From positions 1 through 40,035 of the forward strand of contig JAHLWS010000036.1 in assembly GCA_019057795.1 (NCBI GenBank): 40,035 nt of DNA, written 5' to 3'. Numbering within the stretch: position 1 is the stretch's first letter; each line of letters begins with the position of its first letter. Position numbers and translations under genes: made by a program. The DNA is from Promethearchaeota archaeon. Its GTDB lineage: Archaea > Asgardarchaeota > Lokiarchaeia > Sigyniarchaeales > SOKP01. This document shows, one piece after another, positions 27,009-36,608 of this stretch. Under the pieces are notes generated by a model. That model ran no database searches. It worked only from the letters and a program-made list of their open reading frames with translations, and was not told the DNA's origin.

Positions 27009-28265
27009 ATGAAAAAAGTTGAATTACTTGCTCCAGCAAAAAATTTAAAAGCGATTAAAGCAGCGTCAAAATACGCAGACTCAGTTTATTTTGGAATAGA
27101 GAAGTTTAATATGAGAATGCGTTCGGAAAATATTGCTCTGGAAAATCTTACTAAAATCATGGATTTTTGCCGTAAAGCTGGGTTAAAAGCGTATTTAGCC
27201 ACAAATATATTAATATACGACAACGAATTGAATTACTTACACGAAGTCATAGAAAAAGGAAAAGAGGCAGGTATTCACGCTGTTATTGTTCACGATATTG
27301 CTGCAATTGAAGTAGCTAAAGAGGTTGGGGTGCCTTTTCATATTTCTACGCAATGTAACGTGTCTAATTCTTTATCTGCTAGATTTTATGAAAAGCTAGG
27401 GGCAGAGAGATTAATTTTAGCTCGGGAATTATCTTTAGAAAAAATTAAAGAAATAAAGAGGAATTTATCTAAAGCAGAAATTGAAATTTTTGTTCACGGA
27501 GCAATGTGCACTTCCATAAGTGGCAGATGCTATTTTTCTCAAGATATTTGTGGAACCGAAGAGAAATCAGCAAACCGAGGTAATTGCATACAACCATGTA
27601 GAAGACGCTGGTGGTTAAGGGAAGAGTCTGGTGCAGAATACATCTACGATGGTGTTAGGTTCATGAATTCAAGAGATCTTTGTACAATTGCCCACATACC
27701 TAGATTCATTGAAGCTAAGGTTGACGCTTTTAAAATTGAAGGCAGAATGCGACACCCTCATTATGTCGAGGTGGTTACAAAAATTTACCGAGAAGCTATT
27801 GAGGCTTATTATAACGGTTCTTTTTCAAAAAAAAAAGTAGGTCGATGGGTTACTGACTTAAAGAAAGTTTATAATCGAGGATTTACTCCAGGATTTTACT
27901 TTAAGAGAATGACTGAAGAAGACCATCAACATAAATCCCCTTCAAATTTATCACATTTCAGATATATCAAAGTTGGTCAAGTTGAGGATTATACGAAAGA
28001 TTATGCTAAAATTTCGTTGGATAACGGATATTTAACTAAAAATGACGATTTAATTATTATGGGCAATAATACAGACACATACATTCATCAAAAAGCAGAA
28101 GTTATTAAATTCAAAGAAAAACATATTAATAAAACTCCAAGAGGAACAAAAGAAAAGCCTATATTCGTAAAATTACGAATTAATGGAAAAGCAATTGGTA
28201 ATGGCGAAGATAAAATCTACATCTTTACTGATAAAACCTATGGAAGAGATTATGCTTTACCATAA
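27009..28265 (+). CDS. Peptidase U32 family Fe-S protein (TrhP/RlhA-like RNA hydroxylation factor)
   Basis: ELLAPA, HISTQ, LAREL, HGAMCTSISGRC, NRGNCIQPCR, KIEGRM. ATG at 27009 preferred over TTG at 26994. Confidence 0.88.
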   Translation: MKKVELLAPAKNLKAIKAASKYADSVYFGIEKFNMRMRSENIALENLTKIMDFCRKAGLKAYLATNILIYDNELNYLHEVIEKGKEAGIHAVIVHDIAAIEVAKEVGVPFHISTQCNVSNSLSARFYEKLGAERLILARELSLEKIKEIKRNLSKAEIEIFVHGAMCTSISGRCYFSQDICGTEEKSANRGNCIQPCRRRWWLREESGAEYIYDGVRFMNSRDLCTIAHIPRFIEAKVDAFKIEGRMRHPHYVEVVTKIYREAIEAYYNGSFSKKKVGRWVTDLKKVYNRGFTPGFYFKRMTEEDHQHKSPSNLSHFRYIKVGQVEDYTKDYAKISLDNGYLTKNDDLIIMGNNTDTYIHQKAEVIKFKEKHINKTPRGTKEKPIFVKLRINGKAIGNGEDKIYIFTDKTYGRDYALP

Positions 28266-28384
28266 ATAAATATGACCGAATCTAAAGCTAATTTAATTCA
28301 ATCTATAAAAATTTAAAATTACATTTAAGTAAATAAATTTATATTATTAAAAATTAGAATTAATGTTGTTTTAAGGAGATAATT

Positions 28385-29302
28385 ATGGCAAATAAAAATA
28401 AAAAAATTGTTGAGTCCGTACCTAATTATAGTGAAGGTACAGATGGAGATAAAGTCGAACGAATTGTAGCAGAAATTAAAAACACTCCCGAAACTAACAT
28501 CGTAGACATTCAATACGACTCTGATTACGACCGAGCCGTAATTACTTTTGTTGGTACTCCAGAAGCTGTGCTGAAAGCAAATATTGCTGCGGCTAAAAAG
28601 GCGATAGAACTAATTGACATGAATAAACACAAAGGTCAACACCCTCGAATAGGAGCAATAGATGTAGTTCCGTTTATACCAGCTCAAAATATTACAATTG
28701 AAGAATGCATAGAATTATCAAAACAATTTGCTGAAGAAATGGCAAAAGAAGGCGTTCCAGTATATTTATACGAAGATTCGGCAAGCAATCTTGAAAGGAA
28801 AAATATTGATAACATAAGAGTCGGAGAATATGAAGGATTAAAAGAAACCATTAAAACAGACCCTGAAAGGAAACCGGATTATGGTCCTTCAGAATTTCAT
28901 CCAACGGCAGGTGCAATTATAACGGGAGCAAGATATCCCTTAATTAGTTTTAATATCAACCTTGGGACTAAAGATGTAAAAATTGCGAAAAAAGTAGCAA
29001 AAGCTATTCATTTACGCTCGGGAGGACTTGTAAACGTTAAAGCAATGGGGACCGATTTAAAAACGAGAGATTGCGTTCAAGTAGGGATTAGTAATATTAA
29101 TTATAAAAAAACCCCTCTATATCGTCAGATGGAACTCGTACGAATTGAAGCCGCTCGATATGGTGTACCCATTGTTGGTACAGAATTAATTGGCGTGTTA
29201 CCCTTAGGTGCTGTGCTTAATTCATTAGATTATTATTTACAACTTGAAAATCCTAAAAAACTTGAGCCAAAACATCTGTTAGAGAATTATTTTGATTTCT
29301 AA
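28385..29302 (+). CDS. ftcD: Glutamate formiminotransferase (FT domain only)
   Basis: VESVPNYSEG, HPRIGAIDVVPFIP, HPTAGA, GAR, ELIG. AAGGAG RBS upstream. Confidence 0.92.
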   Translation: MANKNKKIVESVPNYSEGTDGDKVERIVAEIKNTPETNIVDIQYDSDYDRAVITFVGTPEAVLKANIAAAKKAIELIDMNKHKGQHPRIGAIDVVPFIPAQNITIEECIELSKQFAEEMAKEGVPVYLYEDSASNLERKNIDNIRVGEYEGLKETIKTDPERKPDYGPSEFHPTAGAIITGARYPLISFNINLGTKDVKIAKKVAKAIHLRSGGLVNVKAMGTDLKTRDCVQVGISNINYKKTPLYRQMELVRIEAARYGVPIVGTELIGVLPLGAVLNSLDYYLQLENPKKLEPKHLLENYFDF

Positions 29303-29316
29303 ATTTTAAGAGCAAA

Positions 29317-30648
29317 TTAATCAAAATCTACTACAACTTTACCATTTTTTATAACTTTTGAAACTAGGTTTACTCCAAATTGGTAAGGAAGAAAATTATG
29401 ATTCGGTACATCGAAAATTATTAAGTCTGCTTTCTTGCCTACTTCTATACTTCCAATTTGTTCTTGTTTTTGAAGTGCACAAGCGGCGTTAATCGTAGCT
29501 GCTGTTAGAGCTTCAGCTGGTGAAAGTTTCATGTGATAGCATGCTAAAGCAATTATGATTTGCATCGACTCTGTCCAACAATTTGGATTAAGGTCAGTAG
29601 CAAGGGCTATTGGAATACCATATTCGATGATTTTTCTAGCAGGAGCATATTCACTCATCATTAAACAAAATGGCGTCCCAGGTAATAGTGTAGCAATTGT
29701 TTGTGCTTTTCTCATTGCTCTCAAACCTTCGTCGTTAGATTTTAGCATATGTCCCGTCTGCACAGCGTTTAACTCTGCTGCCAATAATGCCCCATTCGTG
29801 TCGACAATTTCGTCGATATGAATTTGCGGTTTTAGACCGTATTTCATAGCCGCCTTTAATATTTTTTTGGTTTGAACAACTGAGAAAATCCCCTCTTCAC
29901 AAAATACATCACAAAATTCTGCTAATTCTTCTTGTGCTACTTTTGGAATCATTTCTGAAATAATTAATTCTACGTAATCGTCTGTTTCACCCTCGTATTC
30001 TGGTGGTACTGCATGAGCGCCTAAAAACGTTGATATTACATCCATGGGATGCTCGAGGTTTAACTCTTTTGCTGCTAATAACGACTTTATTTCGTTCTCG
30101 ACATCAAGTCCATATCCAGATTTCGTTTCCATTGTAGTCGTTCCATATTCCATCATCCTATTAAGAATCTTTTTCCCATTTTGAATTAAGATTTCTAACG
30201 TAGCCTTTCTCGTCGCTTTAACCGTTTTTAATATCCCACCTCCAGACTCTAAAATTTCAAGGTAGGTCTTACCAGCAAGTTTCATTTCAAGTTCATTTTC
30301 TCTAAAACCATCGAAGATAATATGAGTGTGCGGATCAACAAAGCCAGGAGTTACTAAACGATTTGTAGCGTCAATTATTACTGTTTTTTCGTTAGGAGAA
30401 AAGTTAGAATATAATTCATTTGTCGTTCCTACGAAAACTATAGAATTACTAGATATTGCAACTGCGCCATCGTGAATGGGTGCCAGCTCTGCCATGTTCT
30501 TGCCTCTTCTTGGAATCCCATATTTAGAATCCATGGTTACTAATTCGTTGATGTGAATTATAATCAAATCTAATGTGGGTGTTGGAACCTCGTTATCATC
30601 ATCTTTTCTTTTTATTCTTTTTGGCGATGGAGTAGATCTTACTGTCAT
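29317..30648 (-). CDS. hutI: Imidazolonepropionase
   Basis: PGFVDPHTH, GGGILKTV, KSGYGL, FLGAHA, DVFCE, LATDLNP. ATGA overlap with hutH. Confidence 0.95.
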   Translation of the reverse strand: MTVRSTPSPKRIKRKDDDNEVPTPTLDLIIIHINELVTMDSKYGIPRRGKNMAELAPIHDGAVAISSNSIVFVGTTNELYSNFSPNEKTVIIDATNRLVTPGFVDPHTHIIFDGFRENELEMKLAGKTYLEILESGGGILKTVKATRKATLEILIQNGKKILNRMMEYGTTTMETKSGYGLDVENEIKSLLAAKELNLEHPMDVISTFLGAHAVPPEYEGETDDYVELIISEMIPKVAQEELAEFCDVFCEEGIFSVVQTKKILKAAMKYGLKPQIHIDEIVDTNGALLAAELNAVQTGHMLKSNDEGLRAMRKAQTIATLLPGTPFCLMMSEYAPARKIIEYGIPIALATDLNPNCWTESMQIIIALACYHMKLSPAEALTAATINAACALQKQEQIGSIEVGKKADLIIFDVPNHNFLPYQFGVNLVSKVIKNGKVVVDFD

Positions 30649-32171
30649 TTTACATCGTTTGCAATTTTAATTAATTCTTCACTTTTTATAATTTCCAAAG
30701 CAATTTCAATGTATTCCGAAAGAACTACATCTTCGTTAATATGGGGGATATTTTCACGAATATAGGCATGGCATGCTTCTAAAGTTGCACTAGATTTTAA
30801 CGGTCTTCTAAAATCAAACGCTTGAGCGGCACACAAGATTTCTATCGCGAGTATGTTTTCAAGATTATAAATAATTCGAAGCGCTTTTCTAGCACTAATC
30901 GCTCCCATACTAACATGATCTTCTTGTCCCATTGATGTTGGGATACTATCTGCGCTTGCTGGGAAGCACATTGATTTATTTTCGCTAGCTAATGCTGCTG
31001 AACAATATTGAGTAATCATAAAACCGGAATTTAAACCAGATTCTTGAATTAAATATGGGGGAAGACCCCACTTTCCTTCTAAAAGAAGATATGTTCGTCG
31101 GTCTGAGATATTTCCCAACTCAGAAGCGGCTAAACTAATATAATCTAGGGGTAAGGCAAGAGGTTGTCCATGAAAGTTTCCACCGCTGATAGCAGTATTT
31201 TCATCGAAAACTATAGGATTGTCCGTAACTGAATTTAATTCACATTCCAACTTCTCACTTAAATGTGAAAAAGCATCTCTGGAGGCTCCATGGACTTGGG
31301 GGATACATCGAATAGAATAAGGATCTTGAACTCGACCACAATCTGCATGTGATTCTACAAATTGAGAATTCTTCAAAAACTTCCTAATTCTTTTAGCAAC
31401 GGTTTTAGCACCATCATGAGGACGTAAAGCAATTAATCTCTCATTGAAAGGTTGAGGCGATCCTAAATAAGCTTCAAGCGTTATTGCTCCGATAAGATCG
31501 GCTTGCTCTAAACAACTAAAAAACTTTTCAGCGACAATAACCCCATGAGCTGTAATGAATTGGGTTCCATTAATTAACGCCAAACCTTCTTTTGCATGAA
31601 GTTCAAGCGGTTTTAATCCGTTTTGGTTTAAAACTTCTATTGCTGGTTTATATTTTTTACCATCTTTTGACAAAAAACCTAAACCAATTAAGGGTAAAAA
31701 TAAATGAGCTAACGGAGCAAGGTCACCGGATGCTCCTACTGACCCTTGTTCTGGAACCAACGGAATAAAATCGTTGTTGATGTGCCAGAGAATTCTTTCA
31801 ATCAAATTTAAAGAAATCCCAGAATATCCCATGCTTAACGCGTGGACTTTAAGGATCAACATCAATTTTGCAATTTCCTTGCTAATGGGTGAACCAACGC
31901 CTACGCTATGGCTCTTTAGCAAATTTGATTGTAATTTACCAACTTCTTCTTTTGATATTCTAGTTGTACACAAAGACCCAAATCCCGTATTAATGCTGTA
32001 TACTAAGGCTTCCCCGTTTGCAATATCTTGAACAACATTATAGTTTTTTTCTATTTTTATTTTGGTTTCTTCCGTTAGGACACCATTAATCTGACCTCTA
32101 GCAATCTTCAGAGCCAAGTTAACAGTCAAGTGATCTTGCCCGTATTTAAAATCATTTTCCATGATAATCAA
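30645..32171 (-). CDS. hutH: Histidine ammonia-lyase
   Basis: INTGFG, SH, MIO-forming GASGDLAPL, KEGLALINGTQ, QDPYSIRC, GGNFHG, QEDHVSMG. Confidence 0.96.
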   Translation of the reverse strand: MIIMENDFKYGQDHLTVNLALKIARGQINGVLTEETKIKIEKNYNVVQDIANGEALVYSINTGFGSLCTTRISKEEVGKLQSNLLKSHSVGVGSPISKEIAKLMLILKVHALSMGYSGISLNLIERILWHINNDFIPLVPEQGSVGASGDLAPLAHLFLPLIGLGFLSKDGKKYKPAIEVLNQNGLKPLELHAKEGLALINGTQFITAHGVIVAEKFFSCLEQADLIGAITLEAYLGSPQPFNERLIALRPHDGAKTVAKRIRKFLKNSQFVESHADCGRVQDPYSIRCIPQVHGASRDAFSHLSEKLECELNSVTDNPIVFDENTAISGGNFHGQPLALPLDYISLAASELGNISDRRTYLLLEGKWGLPPYLIQESGLNSGFMITQYCSAALASENKSMCFPASADSIPTSMGQEDHVSMGAISARKALRIIYNLENILAIEILCAAQAFDFRRPLKSSATLEACHAYIRENIPHINEDVVLSEYIEIALEIIKSEELIKIANDVK

Positions 32172-32190
32172 ACCAAATAGGACTCTTACT

Positions 32191-34227
32191 TTATTTATAC
32201 TTTTTTAAATACACATTAATAACATCATTTAATAAATCATCTTTTACCAAATAAGGTAAGGTGATGTGCCCTCTATCTTGATTCTTCAGATTCCAAGCAT
32301 AAGCTGTTGTTAAGGCGTTTTCATTTCTAGCCCAAGCTCTCCTAGCGACACCACAGTTTACATCCCACTCAATTGCAGAGCGAATTATGTTATTTACTCG
32401 TTCTGAACCGTCTAATACAAGACCAAAACCACCGTTAATTGCTTTCCCAGTACCAACGCCCCCTCCATTCGATAGTACACACATAGTCATTCCTCTTGCT
32501 ATATTACCTGCCCAAGAGTGATGAGCCATGTCAGACATAATATTACTGCCATCCTTTATATTTGATGTCTCTCTAAAAGGACTATCGGTCCCAGAAACAT
32601 CGTGATGGTCCCGTCCTAACATAATCGCTCCAATATCTCTATTTTTAACCATTTCGTTGAATTTTAAAGCAATCTTTACTCGAGTTTCCATATCGGCATA
32701 TAATATACGAGCTTGAGAACCAACTACTAAGTTGTTCTTTTCAGCATTCTTTATCCAATGCCAGTTATCTCTATCTTGTGAGCTCCGATTTGGATCGATA
32801 GAAGAAATAGCAACTTGATCGGTTTTTATTAAATCTGAATGTTCTAAGCTTAGGCACACCCATCGGAAAGGTCCATATCCATAATCAAAACATATTGGGC
32901 CCATTATATGTTCTACATAGGAGGGAAATATGAAACCATTTTTTGGATCACCATTAATTGCAATATCATGAGCTCCAGCGTCGTAAATTGCTTTTAGAAA
33001 CGAATTTCCATAGTCCCAGAATATAGTACCTCTACTAACCATAATTTTGATGAAGTTATATTGTTCCCTTAAAGATTCGTCAACTAACCTCTCAAATTTC
33101 TCTCTATCAGATTTTAATAACGCCCTACCTTCCTCGAAACTTAAACCAACGGGGGTATATCCCCCCTCATAAGGCGCGTGACAAGAAGTTTGATCTGATG
33201 CAAGCTCCACTTTGATATTGTTGTCCACTACATATTTCCAGATATCAACAATGTTACCATGATACGCAATTGAAATTGGTTCTTTCTTTTTTCTATATTC
33301 TTCAACCCAACTAAAAATTTCTTCAAGATTGCTCGAAATTTTGCTAACCCATCCTTGCTCATAGCGAGTTTTAATTCGAGAATCGTCAACTTCAGCGATA
33401 ACCCCTATACCACCCGAAATTTCAGTGGCTTTCGCCTGAGCTCCGCTCATCCCTCCCAATCCAGAAGTTAAATAGAGAACTCCTTTAAGTCCTTCACTAG
33501 CAGGAATTTTTAAATAAAGCCGGCCGGCATTTAGCAGTGTGATGTAAGTTCCATGAACAATCCCTTGAGGACCTATATACATCCATCCTCCTGCAGTCAT
33601 TTGACCGTAATTTGCCACACCTAAAGCTGAAGCTCGTTTGAATTCTTCGGGTGTATCAAACATACCAACCATCAAACCATTCGTCATAATTACTCTCGAA
33701 GCTTCTCTCTTACTGGGAAATAAGCCAAGAGGATGACCTGACATAACCACGAGGGTTTGTTTTTCATTTATTACTTCGAGATATTTTTTAATTAATTGGT
33801 ACTGCATCCAATTTTGGCAGACTTGCCCACTTTCGCCATATGTAACGAGTTCATATGGATAAAGAGCTACATTAAAATCCAAATTATTATCCATCATTAA
33901 TTGTATCGCACGAGCCTCTAAAATACCCTTGTACTCATCAACAGGTTTAGCTTTTATTTGTCCCACGGGTCGATATCGATAAGCGTATATTCGTCCTCTA
34001 TTAATTAACTCATTTAAATATTCAGGAGCAAGTCGTTCATGTATTTTTTCAGGTATATATCGCAAAGCATTTTTTAACGCAATTATTGTCTCATCACGAT
34101 TCAAGTCGTAACCACGATTAGGAGCCCTTCGGATATCCTCTTTAAAGACGGGATCTGGAGGTAATTCGTCTGATAATTTAATTTTCATGGCTTTTGAAGG
34201 TTCCATATTTTTAACTAACATCAACAT
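32191..34227 (-). CDS. hutU: Urocanate hydratase, long (~670 aa) form
   Basis: YGQMTAGGWMYIGPQGIVHGT, GLGGMSGAQ, SDQTSCH, GPFRW, GRDHHDVSGTDSPFRET. Confidence 0.96.
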   Translation of the reverse strand: MLMLVKNMEPSKAMKIKLSDELPPDPVFKEDIRRAPNRGYDLNRDETIIALKNALRYIPEKIHERLAPEYLNELINRGRIYAYRYRPVGQIKAKPVDEYKGILEARAIQLMMDNNLDFNVALYPYELVTYGESGQVCQNWMQYQLIKKYLEVINEKQTLVVMSGHPLGLFPSKREASRVIMTNGLMVGMFDTPEEFKRASALGVANYGQMTAGGWMYIGPQGIVHGTYITLLNAGRLYLKIPASEGLKGVLYLTSGLGGMSGAQAKATEISGGIGVIAEVDDSRIKTRYEQGWVSKISSNLEEIFSWVEEYRKKKEPISIAYHGNIVDIWKYVVDNNIKVELASDQTSCHAPYEGGYTPVGLSFEEGRALLKSDREKFERLVDESLREQYNFIKIMVSRGTIFWDYGNSFLKAIYDAGAHDIAINGDPKNGFIFPSYVEHIMGPICFDYGYGPFRWVCLSLEHSDLIKTDQVAISSIDPNRSSQDRDNWHWIKNAEKNNLVVGSQARILYADMETRVKIALKFNEMVKNRDIGAIMLGRDHHDVSGTDSPFRETSNIKDGSNIMSDMAHHSWAGNIARGMTMCVLSNGGGVGTGKAINGGFGLVLDGSERVNNIIRSAIEWDVNCGVARRAWARNENALTTAYAWNLKNQDRGHITLPYLVKDDLLNDVINVYLKKYK

Positions 34228-34353
34228 GTATATATTTTTTAAAGTAAATGAATCATACCACTAAAAAATGTTTCAAATGGAATTCACAAAAGATAAAATG
34301 AAGGGAACTATTTTCGTATTAAAAAAGACTTACAAATAACTTGAGCAATTAAA

Positions 34354-34551
34354 TTGAAGGGAACAAAGCGAGCAGATATCAAATCAGGCACGCGGGTTTT
34401 AATCGTTTTAAAGAAAGATCAGCGAACTGGTAAGTTAACCGAGGGTATAGTCAAAGATGTGCTTACAAATACTCCTAATCACCATTATGGGATTAAAGTT
34501 CGGTTGAGGAGTGGTGAAATTGGGCGAGTAAAAAAAATAGTTAGCTTTTAA
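34354..34551 (+). CDS. YwbE/DUF2196 family small protein
   Basis: VLKKDQRTGKLTEGIVKDVLT...HHYGIKVRL..GEIGRV; TTG start. Confidence 0.85.
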   Translation: MKGTKRADIKSGTRVLIVLKKDQRTGKLTEGIVKDVLTNTPNHHYGIKVRLRSGEIGRVKKIVSF

Positions 34552-34604
34552 CATAATAATTGTAGAATAGAACGGATATTAGAAAATAAAATAAAAAAAA
34601 GTGT

Positions 34605-36443
34605 TTAAAGATTATCTAGTCCTAATTTTTCTAGCTTATCTTGTTTTGGATAACCAGTTTTAGAATCAAATGTTCTATATTTATAATAGGCTTCTTTTAA
34701 TTGTTCAAAATTAGGAGTCTTACCTGCAGAGCCTCCTTCATTTACGGGATTGAGAACGATTTTTGGTAATCTATCATCTGCGGGAGTAATTCCCATTTTT
34801 AAATTAAATAAACGTTTCACCATGTATATACGTTCTCCTAATATTTTGAAGTCCTCCATAGTTAAGTTTAATCCTGCTGCTTTAGTTAAGATATCGAGAA
34901 TCATCGTGGGAGGTTGATTAGCAAACGAACACACTATTAATGCACTATATATCGCACGATAATCTTGAATGCGAGCACAAAATTCTGCCATTGCTGCATC
35001 ATCTTGATACCAATCTACATTTGGATTAATTCCAAAGTCGTCAAGGGCTACTCCTAATAGAATTAAATAGGGATCACATGATGTATGGCATGGGCCTCGA
35101 GGAGTTGCCAAGGCATAACTAACAGCCATTCCAAACATTCTCCGCAAATCATGGTATGGTATTTCCATACCATAAACTGTAGCAATCTCATCTTGAGGAA
35201 TGTTAAATTTATGTCCAACTTTATCTGAACCTTCAGCCATTACATCTCCAATACCCTCTTTTAACGCAATCATCTTAATTAATTCAAGAGCAGGAGTAAT
35301 TTCGCCCCATTTTGGCTCTAATCCATTAATATCATCGGAATTTATTTTTCCGTTATTAAATAGATAATAGATAAATGCTATTGTACTACTGCCGCTAATT
35401 GTATCTATTCCGTAATCGTTGCATAAGTAATTCGCTTTCTGGATTGCTTCGAGATTATCGTTTAAAATCATAGAACCAAATCCTGCCACGGTTTCATATT
35501 CAGCTGCTTCAATCTCATTATCAGTTTTATATTCACCCTCTTTAATTACTGCCCTCTTTGCACAACCAATAGGGCATGAAAAACAGGGAAAACTTCCCGA
35601 AAATATTTTTTCAAAAGCAGTAGACCCTGAAATATTGAAAGCACCCTCCCATGTCCCTAATGTCCAATATTTTATTGGTAATTCACCTGATGCATTGTAC
35701 ATATCAACAACTCCAGATGTACCAAGACTTCCCATCATTTGTGTCGTAAACGAAGACATCAGATTATCGGTTGCTGCTTTAACTGCTGCTTTAAATTCGT
35801 CTGGTTCAGCAGTTTCATACTTTCTCTTTGCTCCTCTAACTGTTATTGCTTTCAATTTTTTTGAGCCCATTACGGCACCCATACCTGTTCTTCCCGCAGC
35901 TTTTTCCTCTGACCCAATAATCGCGAATTTTACAAGATTTTCGCCAGCTTGCCCTATACACGCAACTCGCGTTAGCTGTGACCCTGATTTTTCCTTTAAT
36001 ATTTTTGTTGTTTCAAATATTCCCTTCCCCCATAAGCTAGAAGCATCTTTAATCTCTGCTCCATTATCATTTATTTCCAAATATATTGGGCTTTCAGAAG
36101 CTCCTTTAATAACTATTCCATCGTAACCTGTTTTTCTTAATTCCGGACCAAAGAAACCACCACAATTGGATTCGCCCCAAATTCCTGTTAGAGGAGATTT
36201 AGCACAAGCAACGAACCTTCCACTAGTAGGAACATTAGACCCACAAAAAAGTCCTGTCATAAACATTAATATATTATCCGGCGAAAGTGGGTCAGTATCT
36301 TTGTCAATCTTGTCGTATAAATATCTACACGCATATCCAGCGCCTCCGAGAAAATTCTCTGCGATAGAATCGTCAATCACTTCTTCACTAATCTCTTTGC
36401 TACTTAAATTAACTACTAAAAGTTTTCCAACAAAACCTTTCAT
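34605..36443 (-). CDS. aor: Tungsten-dependent aldehyde:ferredoxin oxidoreductase family protein
   Basis: KSPLTG, SNCGG, GQAGEN, GRTGMGAVMGSKKLKAI, CFSCPIGC, EYET, DDRLP. ATG at 36443 follows an AGGTG RBS. Confidence 0.93.
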   Translation of the reverse strand: MKGFVGKLLVVNLSSKEISEEVIDDSIAENFLGGAGYACRYLYDKIDKDTDPLSPDNILMFMTGLFCGSNVPTSGRFVACAKSPLTGIWGESNCGGFFGPELRKTGYDGIVIKGASESPIYLEINDNGAEIKDASSLWGKGIFETTKILKEKSGSQLTRVACIGQAGENLVKFAIIGSEEKAAGRTGMGAVMGSKKLKAITVRGAKRKYETAEPDEFKAAVKAATDNLMSSFTTQMMGSLGTSGVVDMYNASGELPIKYWTLGTWEGAFNISGSTAFEKIFSGSFPCFSCPIGCAKRAVIKEGEYKTDNEIEAAEYETVAGFGSMILNDNLEAIQKANYLCNDYGIDTISGSSTIAFIYYLFNNGKINSDDINGLEPKWGEITPALELIKMIALKEGIGDVMAEGSDKVGHKFNIPQDEIATVYGMEIPYHDLRRMFGMAVSYALATPRGPCHTSCDPYLILLGVALDDFGINPNVDWYQDDAAMAEFCARIQDYRAIYSALIVCSFANQPPTMILDILTKAAGLNLTMEDFKILGERIYMVKRLFNLKMGITPADDRLPKIVLNPVNEGGSAGKTPNFEQLKEAYYKYRTFDSKTGYPKQDKLEKLGLDNL

Positions 36444-36608
36444 TTGAATAACACCTTTCAAGTTATATTTTTAATATTTTTAATTTTAATCGTAGGTATT
36501 TCGATTAATTATGTTAATCTAGATACGATTATTAATTCTTTAAATATTAAATATTCATGTTTAGAATTTATAAGAATTTATTTATATTTTCCTAAAATTG
36601 ATATTTTT

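Noticed and set aside
34295-34365. TGAAGGGAAC occurs twice near the ywbE start
   Set aside because: Only 10 bp and two copies; too weak to call a regulatory repeat.
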